Positions 12,425 to 24,804 of a DNA stretch of 64,000 bases are shown here, in pieces. Every line of letters begins with the position of its first letter. Positions within the stretch are counted from its first letter, which is position 1. The position numbers were made by a program, and so were the translations under genes. The stretch is taken from positions 6,008,586-6,072,585 of the forward strand of contig JBNZDD010013698.1 of the NCBI GenBank assembly GCA_050575255.1. Direction: 5' to 3'. The notes beneath the pieces were generated by a model. It ran no database searches, had not been told where the DNA came from, and saw only the letters and a program-made list of their open reading frames with translations. The stretch is from Harriotta raleighana (lineage: Eukaryota).

Positions 12425-12730
12425 AGCTGTAGCTCAGTGGTTAGAGCACTCAAAGCGTGAGACCTGTGTTCGAATCCAGGCAGGTCAGGGCGTAACCTTG
12501 GGCAAGTTTCCTTACCGCACAAGCCTAATAATAATCCGTCAAAAAAACACAATAATAAAATTGGTCATTTCAATCCACAAATATTTATGGGACACTACCT
12601 TGCACAATTGGCTGCCGTGTTTCACCCACAAATATACAATCAATTCACTTTACAATATATTCTGTGAAGCACTTTGAGACGTCGATAAGATGTGATAAGA
12701 CGCTATATCAAATGCAAGGATTATTATTAT
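12425..12730 (+). mobile_element. tRNA-derived SINE (dominant family), preceded by a 3' fragment at about 12311-12395
   Basis: CTGTAGCTCAGTGGTTAGAGCAC...GTTCGAATCCAGGCAG...CTTGGGCAAGTTTCCTTAC...GCTATATCAAATGCAAGGATTATT. Confidence 0.9.
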
Positions 12731-12746
12731 CAAATGCAAAGACTAT

Positions 12747-12900
12747 TATGAAACAAAAACAGAAATCACTGACGAAGGGTCATGGACCTGAAACGTTGAC
12801 TCACTTTTCCTTCCATAGATGCTGCCTGACCTACTGAATATACCCAGCATTTTCTATTTTTGTTTCATATTTCCAGCATCTGCAGTATTTTGGTTTTTGC
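12747..12900 (+). mobile_element. Penelope-like element terminal (pseudo-LTR) fragment with short inverted copy
   Basis: CTGACGAAGGGTC...GAAACGTTGAC...CCATAGATGCTGCCTGACCT...CCAGCATTTTC...TTTCCAGCATCTGCAGT, as recalled from shark Penelope pLTRs; 12747-12765 TATGAAACAAAAACAGAAA is an inverted copy of about 12851-12869. Confidence 0.75.
12764..12802 (+). ncRNA. Minimal type I hammerhead ribozyme motif (probably degenerate)
   Basis: Core CUGACGA (12769-12775), stem II GGUC/GACC around AUG, GAAA (12790-12793), palindromic AACGUU stem III; stem I pairing is poor. Confidence 0.55.
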
Positions 12901-13845
12901 AAAGATTATCAGGTCATAAATTTTGGTCATTTACACTCAATGATTTATGTCAGTGAAACCATTGTAGGAATAGCTTCTGAATAAGAATAATAAGAATCCT
13001 TAGCGCCATATCTTTTTGTTAAGGCGTGGAATCAGCGACCAAATTATTATTTATTTATTGACATTAATGCAAATATTATTAATGAAAATGTAAGAAGTAC
13101 ATGGAGGATGGCAACAACTGCATGAAAATTACAAATTGCTAATTCACCCAGAAGATAATAATCCTTGCATTTGATATAGCACCTTATCACGTCTTTGAGA
13201 AACAACACTTCACTGAATATCCTGTAGAGTAGATTCCCACTCTGCTGCAACCATACTCAAATTGAGTGTACAGCAAACTCAGCAGTCAAGCAGAGGCACT
13301 TCACAAAACACCACATACCCTGGCATCATTCAGTACAGCTGCCAGACATCAATACAATGCACATAATCTGTTTTTCATAAACACACAATAGCTTGTAATT
13401 ATTGTTTTCACTCTTGAAAAATGTTGAATGTTTACCTGAATCTGCACATTTCAAGAATAGACCTATAATCCAATAAATCAACTTGAGTGTGGGATAAAGG
13501 TGAATTATTTCCATAGAAATCATTACAGTAGAATGTACAAGCAAAAATGCACAGTAAAAGTCAAACATTTTAAACAAAAATGTATATCTGATAATGGCTA
13601 AACTCACCAGTCTGTTACCAGTCTGTGAGATATTTTTATATAAGTAGCCACTTCCTGATGTCTGCTCTCCTTAAACTGAGAATGATTTCTTATTCAGCAC
13701 CAAAATTGCTACTGTACCTGGTGAAGCAGAATCTTAAACCTTAAAACAAAATAGGTTTAAGAATACCAATCCCTTGTACATAATCTCCTTGCATAAACAT
13801 ATTTTGCCTTATGACTGCTGTTTTTACTCTTAAGCGTTTAATGTT

Positions 13846-15100
13846 ATAGATTCATAGATTCATAGAAGTTTACGGCACAAAAGGAGGCCATTCGGCCCAT
13901 CTAGTCTGTGCCGGCTCTTTGAAAAGAGCGATTTAATCCCACTGCCCTGCTCGCTCCCCATAGCCTAATAGACCTGTTCTCCCTAAATAAAGATCTAATT
14001 NNNNNNNNNNNNNNNNNNNNNNNNNNNNNNNNNNNNNNNNNNNNNNNNNNNNNNNNNNNNNNNNNNNNNNNNNNNNNNNNNNNNNNNNNNNNNNNNNNNN
14101 NNNNNNNNNNNNNNNNNNNNNNNNNNNNNNNNNNNNNNNNNNNNNNNNNNNNNNNNNNNNNNNNNNNNNNNNNNNNNNNNNNNNNNNNNNNNNNNNNNNN
14201 NNNNNNNNNNNNNNNNNNNNNNNNNNNNNNNNNNNNNNNNNNNNNNNNNNNNNNNNNNNNNNNNNNNNNNNNNNNNNNNNNNNNNNNNNNNNNNNNNNNN
14301 NNNNNNNNNNNNNNNNNNNNNNNNNNNNNNNNNNNNNNNNNNNNNNNNNNNNNNNNNNNNNNNNNNNNNNNNNNNNNNNNNNNNNNNNNNNNNNNNNNNN
14401 NNNNNNNNNNNNNNNNNNNNNNNNNNNNNNNNNNNNNNNNNNNNNNNNNNNNNNNNNNNNNNNNNNNNNNNNNNNNNNNNNNNNNNNNNNNNNNNNNNNN
14501 NNNNNNNNNNNNNNNNNNNNNNNNNNNNNNNNNNNNNNNNNNNNNNNNNNNNNNNNNNNNNNNNNNNNNNNNNNNNNNNNNNNNNNNNNNNNNNNNNNNN
14601 NNNNNNNNNNNNNNNNNNNNNNNNNNNNNNNNNNNNNNNNNNNNNNNNNNNNNNNNNNNNNNNNNNNNNNNNNNNNNNNNNNNNNNNNNNNNNNNNNNNN
14701 NNNNNNNNNNNNNNNNNNNNNNNNNNNNNNNNNNNNNNNNNNNNNNNNNNNNNNNNNNNNNNNNNNNNNNNNNNNNNNNNNNNNNNNNNNNNNNNNNNNN
14801 NNNNNNNNNNNNNNNNNNNNNNNNNNNNNNNNNNNNNNNNNNNNNNNNNNNNNNNNNNNNNNNNNNNNNNNNNNNNNNNNNNNNNNNNNNNNNNNNNNNN
14901 NTTACCTGATCAAAAAATTCTATCAGATTTGTAAGGCAAGATTTGCCTTTAACAAATCCATGTTGACTGTCCTTTATTAGCCTATATCTTTCTAAGTGAA
15001 GATCTATCTTGTCCCTGATTATGGACTCTAGAAGTTTGCCCACTACCGAAGTTAGACTGACTGGTCTGTAGTTACCAGGCTTGTCCTTCTGCCCCTTTTT
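13846..15100 (-). mobile_element. 5'-truncated CR1 LINE (RT domain plus 3' UTR), interrupted by an assembly gap
   Basis: Translation KKGQKDKPGNYRPVSLTSVVGKLLESIIRD...SQHGFVKGKSCLTNLIEFFDQV is CR1 RT; 3' end has the (GAATCTAT)n octamer tail; no stops in the visible RT. Confidence 0.93.
14001..14901. other. Assembly gap (N run)
   Basis: 901 consecutive N. Confidence 1.
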
Positions 15101-15929
15101 ATAATTAAACTCAATCTGTATAAATCAAAATACCAGAGCTATAATTTGACTTCATTTTTCTATCTCTTTTTTTTCCAAATAAGAAGTTGAAACATTTGCT
15201 ATTTTCTATCCACCTCTATTTAATGACCTGTGATAAATATCAGCTGATCTCTCCCTGTCTCTGTTCTCACCTGTTCAAGCACTCTTAAATCCCATCCATC
15301 TGGCCTCAGTGTGATATGAAGATTCAAGTACTTCAGATTTTCATGAGGTGGTTATTTCTCAATTTGTAATCCCTGATGCATCTGCCATCCTACCAGACAA
15401 TGAAGCAGAATACTTACTGATGTCTATGATGAGAGAAATTTATATTGTAGCACAAATTTTAAATATTTTCCATAATTAAATTTTTAGGTCCCAATTTTTC
15501 CTACCTTCTCTTGAAGGGGTCATAAAAATTCTTTATTGTGTTTGCTACAAGTTACTGCAAAAATCTATTTTTATTCACCAATCTATCTCTAGGTGTTTAT
15601 TGCTAATGTAATTTAGTTGTTGTTGTTCTATTACCTCTGTATCATTTAAGATTTGCAATGTAAATCAATTTTGTTTTCTGCACAATTCTATATCATGGCT
15701 CCCCGGTTTCCTAAAATCCTTTGGAATGGTTTGTGAATGCCCCTGCATCTGATTTCTGTTGAGCTGATGGTTGGGTTGTACTGGAATTGGCTTCAGTATC
15801 TTTCAGATAGGCTTTCTGCTCTGAATCAAATCCTTCCTGTGTTCGTTTCTTCTTTTCTCCTTCGTGTCTATCACTCGCTTTCTTGCACTCTCTCTTTCCC
15901 CTCAGTTCTATTCACGGGTGGTGCTAAAT

Positions 15930-16278
15930 CTTAGGCAAGTTGCCTTACTCTATATGCCTCTGTTTACCTAGGAGTACGGAGGAACCCGGTTGTTTATCAA
16001 TTGACAGATTGCTTTCTAGGGGTAATTAATACTCCCTAAATAAAAATGTGGTCACTCAATCCACAACTGTCTGTAAGACACTGTTTTGGGCAATTGGTTG
16101 CTGCGTTTCTCCCCTTAAAATATACCATCAATCCAATTTACAATATAACGTTTGACTATTTGGATAGCTCTTTCAAAGAGCTGGTACAAGGTATAATGGA
16201 CCGGATGGCCTCATTTGTGCTGTAGGATTCTGATTCTACAATCTGTGAAGCACACTCAGACATCCAACGATGTGATAA
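15930..16278 (+). mobile_element. Headless long-form SINE with a nested CR1 3' end (about 16150-16237)
   Basis: GGCAAGTTGCCTTACTC...CCTCTGTTTACCTAG...GGAACCCGG core; insert TAGCTCTTTCAAAGAGCTGG...GGCCTC...TGTGCTGTAGGATTCTGATTCT is a CR1 tail. Confidence 0.75.
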
Positions 16279-16610
16279 GAGCTCCTGTGGCTCAGTGGTT
16301 AGAGCACTCGCCTTATATGCCTTACAAGCATGAGGCTTGTGTTCGAATCCAGGCAGATCAGGGCGAAACCTTGGGCAAGTTTCCTTACTCCACATGCCTA
16401 ATAATAATCCCTCCAAAAAAAAACTACAATAATAAAATTGGTCATTTCAATCCATGACTGTTTGTGGGACACTGCTGTGCGCAATTGGCTGCCGCGTTTC
16501 GCCCACAAATATACAGTCAATTCACTTTACAGTATACTCTGTGAAGCGCTTTGGGACGTTGATAAGATGTGAAAAGCGCTATATCAAATGCAATTATTAT
16601 TATTATTATA
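16279..16610 (+). mobile_element. Full-length young tRNA-derived SINE
   Basis: Complete head (with a 9-bp GCCTTA duplication), core, CpG-rich body and (TTA)n tail. Confidence 0.93.
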
Positions 16611-17439
16611 AGGTGCTACATTAATTGTAAGGATTATTATTATTATTCCATACAACTAATGATTTTGGCCCTTGCAAATCGAAACCCATGTTAAAAAATA
16701 CATGCAGTTGGCAAACAGCTACACAGCATTTCCACAGTACATCAAGATACAGTATACTGTACTTGAAAATACCATCTGTGGACAATCTGCATTTCAACAT
16801 GCAATTCTAACAGCCAAAGTGAAAACAGATTCTCATACCACTCAATTGATTTCTTCATCAAACAGTTATCTAATTCCCTCTTCAATTTATTGACACAATT
16901 GACCTTCACAGGGTAATCTGTACCATGTATTCACCACTTACCGTGAAAAGTAATTAAATGAGGTGTTTGGTCATCTCCTCCCTCTATCATTTTCTGAGCT
17001 TGAGTCTGTGTCCCTTGTTGCAAAGATTGTGACCAGGTTAAACAATATTAGTGATTTTCTTTCACATTGCAGGATTTTGATGATGGGAATTAAGTAAATA
17101 TCGTAAAAATAAAGTGTGAAGCACATTTAAGGATTTTGACACAAGAAAGCTCTATAAAAGTGCTAGTTGTTTCTGCCTTAATACCTTCAGCCGGTCCGTC
17201 ACTTCATTGTGAGCAATATACTTTATATCATTCCTGAAAACTCTTCAACATCCTACTTTGGAAAGGCAGTCTGCATTTCCCTCTAGAGAGATTCAATTAT
17301 GAGTATCTACTTTCCTTTGTCATTTAATGGCAAGTCCCTTATGGTGTCCTTCTCTTTCCTCAACTTCCTCACCTTTTACAATATATTTGTAAAAGCCTTT
17401 CATATTGTGCCGGAAATTATATTCCCCACAATCCCAAGA

Positions 17440-17645
17440 TGGGCAAATCTTGGGCAAATTTCCTTACTCCACATGCTTGATAATAATCCCTCCACAAAAA
17501 ATAACAGTAATAATTTGACTGTTTGTGGGATACCGCTAAGTACAATTGGCTGCCACATTTTGCGCACAAATATATAGTCACTTCACTTTAGAGTATATTC
17601 TGTGAAATGCTTTGAGATGTCTAGAAGACATGAAAAATACTGTGC
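17440..17645 (+). mobile_element. 5'-truncated SINE
   Basis: CTTGGGCAAATTTCCTTACTCCACATGC through TGCTTTGAGATGTCTAGAAGA. Confidence 0.85.
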
Positions 17646-18394
17646 ACATGAAAAGCAAATGTAATCTATTTTTTGTTATATTAATCACATTTTCTATTTT
17701 AGTTCTGTTGTCTTGGCCTCATTTGCTTTATTCTTATAATCATTTCTGTCTTCTATTCTACCCGTAGATTTATAGTCAAGATTTACAGTGAAGAAAAGGT
17801 ATTATTTGTGTTTTTGTTCACTGTGTTATCTCCCTTGTTGCTCACATTAGCATAGATTAAATTTGGTATATATTGCATTTGCAGCCTCTCCAATATAATT
17901 AAATTCATCTATTTTTATTTAAATTCTCCAAAATATTTCTTGCCTCATTTGCAATCTTGCTTTCTTCCTGCATATTATTTATCAAATTTTGGCTTCATGT
18001 CTACAAGGATTGATTCCAATTTCAAATTCAGAAAGTCTTTATATATAGCACTCTGTGACAAGGTATAATATCACTGTCACACATGCTAATGTGCTTTGCG
18101 GACTCCCTATGCAAGTCTCTGAGTTAAATGACCCCGAATTCTATGCAGAGGTGCCCAGCATGAACTGACGGGTCTAATTTGTGAAGCTGACATGTTCTCC
18201 TGGAGACACTGAGAGAGATGGCAAATAATGACCAAAGTGGCCCACCCACTGCACAGATCCAATCTCCCTGCTGTCATCTAGTCAAGGCAAGTTAACTAAT
18301 TGCACGTCTAGAGGAATTATCTTGCATGTGTTGGTCAGGCAGATAGTTCTGAAACACAAAGAGGTTGAAAATGGTACCAATCAGAAAGAATATA

Positions 18395-18725
18395 ACACCT
18401 GGGGCTGAGCTAGGGGTGGGGGAAGGTGATCGTAAGTGCAGTCGAAGAGAAAGGTCTTCAGGTGCGACCTGAAGATTGGGAAAGAGGGATGTGTGGCGAA
18501 GGGGTTGAGGGAGCTTCATAAATATAATTTTGTTGTTGTTCCAAAGTTTCAGGGCGTAGTGGCTGAAAGAATGGCACTGCTGATGGAGTGGAGGAATTAA
18601 ATTTCCTTTTTCCATCGATCTGCCCAAGCCACTTGTCTGCATATCTCCTCCTGAAGTGTATACAACAACAACAATAAGCAAAAAATTACATTTTTAGAAC
18701 ACCTTTCACGTCGGGAGGACTTACA
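18395..18725 (-). mobile_element. L2 LINE 3'-end fragments
   Basis: Minus strand TTCAGCCACTACGCCCTGAAACTTTGGAAC...CTGAAGACCTTTCTCTTCGACTGC, plus a separate tail CCTCCCGACGTGAAAGG...(TTG)n. Confidence 0.75.
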
Positions 18726-19767
18726 CAATCTTTTTCACAGATAGCCATGCTCACTATTTTTGAGTCGTCTACAAATTTTTATATGGTACTCCTTACACAT
18801 GAATTGCATTAATTTGTATAAATTAGCTATTGCTGACTCCCGCAGGATACCATTGTTTACAGTTCTCTGTCTGTAAAAACATCTATTTATCCTTAATCTT
18901 TATTTTCTGTCCATTAGACATATTTCTATCCATGATGCCATATTTCCATTAATATTTTGCACCTTAAACAAGCTACCTTTGAAGAATTTAGTTATACAGT
19001 ATGACTGTTTTCAAATCCATATAGCTGTGCTCCTCAGAGAATTCCTCAGAGAAACCCATGTTTGGTAGCAGTCACGATAGCTGCAGAATTTTTTAATACA
19101 TACTTTCTAGCAGCTGGTACTGCAGCACACAATGATAGATTTATTAGATTTTCTCCTTATTTCATGGTGACTAAAGAGTCATGGGGTTTCACTGTCGACC
19201 TGGGTTAGTATGAGTTCATTCATTTTATCTGCATAAACGGAATCTACAAGTTCTGCAAAATAGGATAAGAAAGCCATTCCAGATGTATCCCTCTATCTTG
19301 CCCCCCAAAACCTTGGTTTTTGACATTTGATCAAAGGAATGGACTTAAATGCAAGTACAAATGTGTTTAAAAGTTTTTTTAAATGATAAAACTAATACAG
19401 TGCAAAAGAGGATCACACTTAGACATGGGGCTTGAATCTACAACCTTCAATCCTGACGGTACTTCCAACTGTGATACATTGTGCCAATTAATATATTTTC
19501 ACATCACAGTGGAGCTCCAATTGCATGAGAAGGAGAAACACTACGTATAAATCACATTTACCTACATATAAAAACTTGTTTTGATCAGCCAGGCATTTGA
19601 CACACAGAGAACTATGCTTAAGGTTCTCCAGTGGATTGTGTCCAGTGTTCACAAACTCTCTAAAGGTATGTATCCTCTTCATTTAATCCAAAAGAATTTA
19701 GACACGGGTTGCGAAGCAAGAATTTAACTGGTTAAAACTGCGACACCTGCCATTGTGAATATTGGAT

Positions 19768-20071
19768 AACAATAATAATAATTGCATTTGATATAGTGCA
19801 TTTCTCAACGTCTCAAAGAGCTTCACAGAATATACTGTAAAGTAAATTGACTGTATATTTATGGGTGAAACGCGGCAGCCAATAGTGCACAGCAGTGTCC
19901 CACAGTTGTGGATTGAAATGACCAATTTTCTTATTGTGTTTTTTCGAAGGATTATTATTAAGCATGTGGAGTAAGGAAACTTGCCCAAGTCCTTGCCCTG
20001 ACCTGCCTGGAATCGAAACACAGTTCTCACACCTGTAAGGCGAGTGCTCTAACCACTGAGCTACAGGACTC
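19768..20071 (-). mobile_element. Full-length tRNA-derived SINE
   Basis: Head GAGTCCTGTAGCTCAGTGGTTAGAGCACTCGCCTTACAGG, core and (TTA)n tail on the minus strand. Confidence 0.92.
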
Positions 20072-20366
20072 TACATTTACAGGGATTTCACAACTATGAA
20101 GCTTTCTGAGACTCTTCTATACACTATAAGGTGCTTATAGTGGTGCAAGTTTCTTCGTTAAACGAAACATTCTTGTGAATCACAAAGCAAACATAATTAC
20201 AACTACCTGTTTAGTTAGGACCATCCTATCTGTTAGGGCTTTGGATCATAGGGTTAAAAAGGGCAGCATGAGAAGAATCTCAGCTCCCAGTGACTGATCA
20301 AGTCGTGCTAACAGGTCCATATCTCCCACAAAATATCCAATATATTCTATAAAGTGCTTTGAGACA

Positions 20367-20690
20367 TCAATCAATCAAATCAAAATTTTATTTATATAGC
20401 GCCTTTCACGTCGGGAGGACGTCCCAAAGCGCTGTACAGCCAAGTAGCGGGGGAGGGCTCAGGAAAAGGAGTAGGAAAAATTGACTGTATATTTGTGGGT
20501 GAAACGCGGCAGCCAAATTGCGCACAGCAGTGTCCCACAAACACACACAGAAATGGGGGAAAAAATGCCAAGGGGGACAAATGGAGGGAAAAGCGGGGTG
20601 GGGTAAAATCAGGGAAGAAAGGGGGGGGGAGAAAGGGGGACAAGGGGTAAATCAGGGAGGGCAAAGAGGGAGAAATGTTGGTAAGGGGGA
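20367..20690 (-). mobile_element. Chimeric retrocopy: pyrimidine-rich L2-like 3' UTR, SINE internal segment, L2 tail
   Basis: SINE segment 20481-20542 fused to L2 tail GCGCTTTGGGACGTCCTCCCGACGTGAAAGGCGCTATATAAAT and (TTGA)n. Confidence 0.75.
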
Positions 20691-21048
20691 AGACATCACA
20701 ACAATATGATAAGCAGCTATGTCAAATGCAAGGATTTATTATTGTCATCATCAGACTGCAGACCTGCCTGGTTCAGGAACTGGATTACTGAGCCCGCCAC
20801 AGAGGATCAGCCAGATGCTGATATTCCATTTCCGGGCAGGGTACCGGGGAGCCAGCTCAGCCTCGAAGAGATCATGATTGCCATTCCCTTAGGAGGATAG
20901 AGACTAATTGATCATTATGCTTCAGACAGGCACAGGTTTGAGCCTTTGGTAAAAGAACCGCAGGTAATAAGAACAAAACTAATTGCATTTGATACAGCAC
21001 CTCATCACGCCACTGAAATGTCTCAAAGAGCTTCACTTAATGTATCGT

Positions 21049-21285
21049 AAACAACAACAACTTTAACAACAACAACTTTGATTCATATAGCGCCCTCCAC
21101 GCCGGATGGCGTCTCAGAGCGCTTCACAATAGCGGATCCCGGGACTGAGCTAGGGGCAGGGGCAGAAAGGTGACCAAAAGCGCAGTCGAAGAGAAAGGTC
21201 TTCAGCTGTGACCTGAAACTGGGAAGAGAAGGGGTGAGGCAAAGGGAGTGAGGAAGGGAGTTCCAGAACCTCGGGCGTAGGGGAT
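21049..21285 (-). mobile_element. L2 LINE 3' end (tail type B)
   Basis: Minus strand TCTGGAACTCCCTTCC...CTGAAGACCTTTCTCTTCGAC...GCGCTCTGAGACGCCATCCGGCGTGGAGGGCGCTATA...(GTT)n. Confidence 0.85.
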
Positions 21286-21419
21286 TGACTGCATTTTGTG
21301 GTTGATAAAGGTACTAGGAACTTCTTGAAAGCCACATGATGAACAGTACAACTAAGTGTAAAATGAATGACAGCTTTTCCACCATTCTCCTGGCCGCACT
21401 CTGGATACACGATCCTTAC

Positions 21420-21506
21420 CCAATGAGAGATGTTTCCACCAGTTGAAGGCGGGGAACTTCAGCAACAGCTTCTTACTCTCTGCCTTGCAAGGTAAACACC
21501 TGATAA
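21420..21506 (-). CDS. Candidate symmetric exon (87 nt, phase 1-1), product unknown
   Basis: Minus strand atttcatttcattttacag|TTATCAGG...CATTGG|gtaagg; single open frame IRCLPCKAESKKLLLKFPAFNWWKHLSL with GC-rich third positions. Confidence 0.35.
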
Positions 21507-23984
21507 CTGTAAAATGAAATGAAATACTATATAAGTTTAAACTCTACTGTATACAACAAAATACAATAAAATTACACTTGTATTTCACGTCAGGAAGATG
21601 TTCCAAGGCGCCGAACAGTCACTATTTCAGACCCGAGCTGAGGACAGGTGGTGGGAGGGAAGATGGGGAGGACAGTGAGGGGGATAGGGAGGGGGGATAA
21701 TGTACTGTCAATGTATAATAGTCTAAGCAGAAGAAAAAACTCTTTATATTGTTCCTTCCAGTTAGGCTTCACTTTGTGTAAAACATTTCCACATTATAGG
21801 CTGGCCCATGTCTAAAAAATGCCTAAACAAGCCGTAACTGAATGGTTAAAGGTTTTTTGCTGAAAAACAAAAATTGCAAAGGCTGCTTCTGTGTAACCCT
21901 TCATGTTACTTTTTTTTAAAAAGAATTTGAAGAATTGTGGGGGGCTTTCTTAGACGGAAAATAATTGTTTGTATCTGTTCATGATTTGCTCATAAACTGA
22001 TCAAAGTTTGACCCAATCCCAAAGGTATCATCAGTGTTTTGTGGAATAAAGCATGCTGTGAAAATCTGGTACATGTTGTAAGGCCATACTTTACTTTAAC
22101 CCTTGAACAGCCGAGGCATCTGAAAGACATTATCACGGCGCCAAAAGTCCCCTTATTCACTGAGTGAATACAATTGTGGCCATAAACATAACTATATTCT
22201 TGAGCAGAAAGTAAAGTCATAAATAATAGCAACCATCTTCCGACACTGAATAAAGTTTAAAATTGGATTAGTCACCCTGGGTTGACAATTACTTTGAAGA
22301 TTATTTAATAAAAAGAGGAAAAATACTTGCATTTGATATAGCAGCTTATCACATCTTCAAGACATCTCAAGCTGCTTCATATAATACTGTATAAAGTGAA
22401 TTGATTGTAGATTTTGTAGGCAAAACTATTTGTGCGTTATCTGTTAGCCTTTTAATTTTTGTTACTTCAATCATATTCTAAATTTTGCCCGTTAAAACCG
22501 AGTAGGTTAAAATGCATGGCATAATTCTTAGGATTCACTTACCAGCTTCAGTTCTCCAATTGGCACCACAGGACTCTTGAATATATATACTGTATATAAA
22601 TATGAAGCCGTTTCTAGTTACAAATATATCTTTCAAGATTTTCAAAGTGCAAGATGTGTGACATTCAATGCAGAACCAAGCATGATAAGAATGCCAGATA
22701 GGAATACAGCTCTGAGTTAATAGGCTGCTATTGTTGTTGGCTAGTTCTGGGAAAATTGGTACAGTATATTGCCATGCTCTTTTGGGTAATTCAGCTGTTA
22801 TATGAGTAACAGATTCTGTAATGGAGACCCAAGGTGTCATCCTTTATGATTTGAAAGAAAAAGATGCATACATGAAGATAATAGTTTAGCTACCAAGGAT
22901 AGAGCACAGTTCTCTCTCTGTGAGTCTCTCCAGGTACTCTTCAACTCCTCAAGGAGTCTAATATTGTTCGATTACTATGATAATAATTATGTTAACTTGG
23001 TTTCCGAGGAATCACTCTGCAGCATTAGATGTGCTCCTCACGGAGTAAATGTTTCTTCCTTTTCTCTTGCCGTCTTCTTGTGGATATAGTTCTTGCAGCT
23101 GTGATGAATAGTTGAACAGTCATTGAACAGATTGCCTTTCATGTGCTTTGCGGAGGATTTACAGATATTTCAAACACTGTAAGTGTAAGATTTTCTCTCT
23201 CCACGGTGGGATAAATTGACCCAGACAGTTCTTTGGAAAAACAACATGTGGAGATGAAAATGTGTGAAATTGTATTTTAGAATTGTGGAGTAGCTATTGC
23301 CGAATGTTTCAATTTGCTGTACCCAGAAATCATTTTCATGACTTAAAAGACTTCTAAACTGTTTCACACTACAAAAACTCTGCCTCTTGCACAAGAGTGA
23401 TACTGAGGAATATCAGCAAGTTCAAAAGATGATTCTTTTATGACAAGATTCTACTTACAGAGTGATTCAATAATAAATCGATACAGCACAATTTAACTGC
23501 TTGTGACTGCCTTTGATAAACTTCTAAATCCCGCTCGTAAATTATTAGTAACAGAAAATAAATCAACGTTTCATTTTATTATTAATCAATTTAAAGTACA
23601 AGACAGACTTTTCGAACAAAGCATTGTAATAATGGTCCTTTGGATTGTAAATTTGGGAACTCAGAAATGCAGCAAAGTAAAAAAGACCATTGAAGTCGAT
23701 CTGTCCAGTCCCAAAGTTTTAAAAAGCTCAAACAGTATATCTTTTAAATGGTCTTCAAATGCTTATAGAGACCGACTATATTTGTCATGAGACAGAGGCA
23801 GAGTGCCACTGGTGCCATTGAGATTTCATCAATTGGTGAATTTGTATCTATACAAAAGTAATTTTGTCGTCGTTGTTGTTGTTTTAAATTATGCCTGGAT
23901 ATCACAGATTTTATTGGATAACTCTTGAACTGGAAAACCCTATGCGTTGAATTATGTGTTGAATTAATCATTCCAAGATTATTT

Positions 23985-24160
23985 TCCTGATGATCTGGAA
24001 CTCTGCGGCCCATGACCTCCACTGCTACAAGCTCCGTGACCCCATCTCTCCCATTCTCGCCTGAATCCATTGGCTCCCCATCATCCAGAGGATTCAATTC
24101 ATGATCCTGATCCTCACCTACAAAGCCCTCCATGGCCTCTCCCCACCTTACTTCTCAAAC
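23985..24160 (+). mobile_element. L2 ORF2 C-terminal fragment
   Basis: Degenerate P-ILA-xHWLP...RIQF-ILILTYKALHGLSPPY motif typical of L2. Confidence 0.8.
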
Positions 24161-24491
24161 TCTACTTGGGTCTTGATTTATTTTTATCAATATACTGTAG
24201 CATTAATAATTTACTAATAGTATTTCAGAGTATGTAGAATTTGACAAAATATTGAATTCAGTTTAACTTTGCAGCATGTTTTCCGTCATTCTTGAAAGAA
24301 AGTAAAAAGAACTTTTGAAAATTCAAGATGGTGTTTAGCATTGTCAATTTCTGGTAGTTCTTAAAGTGGAAGATTAAACCTGGGTCTAGATGGAATTTAT
24401 ACACATAGATTTCCACACAAAACTTCTTTGAGATTGGTGGGGTCTAGTGACCTGACAATGGTGATTTCATCAGCATCACATCCATACCTAT

Positions 24492-24800
24492 GGAGTCCTG
24501 AAGCGCAATGGTTAGAGCACTTGCATTACAAGCGAGAGACCTGGGTTTGATTCCAGGCAGGACGAAACCTTGGGCAAGTTTCCTTACTCCACATGCCCAT
24601 TAGTAATTCCCTCAAAAAAATAAAAAAACATTAAATTGTTCATTTCAATCCATGACTGTTTGTGGGACCCTGCTGTGCACAATTGGCTGCCATGTTTCGC
24701 CCACAAATATACAGTCAATTCACTTTACAGTACATTCTTTGAAGTGCTTTGAGACGTCTAGAAGATGTGAAAAGCACTAAATGGTAGAATTATCATTATT
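24492..24800 (+). mobile_element. Full-length tRNA-derived SINE
   Basis: GGAGTCCTGAAGCGCAATGGTTAGAGCAC...TTACAAGCGAGAGACCTGGGTTTGATTCCAGGCAG, core and tail. Confidence 0.9.
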
Positions 24801-24804
24801 TTTA

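Noticed and set aside
13901-15043. 380-aa ORF
   Set aside because: Mostly translated Ns; the real part is CR1 reverse transcriptase, not a host gene
15418-15423. 6-nt minus-strand microexon candidate (catag|ACATCA|gtaagt)
   Set aside because: Pattern expected by chance in 64 kb; no supporting context
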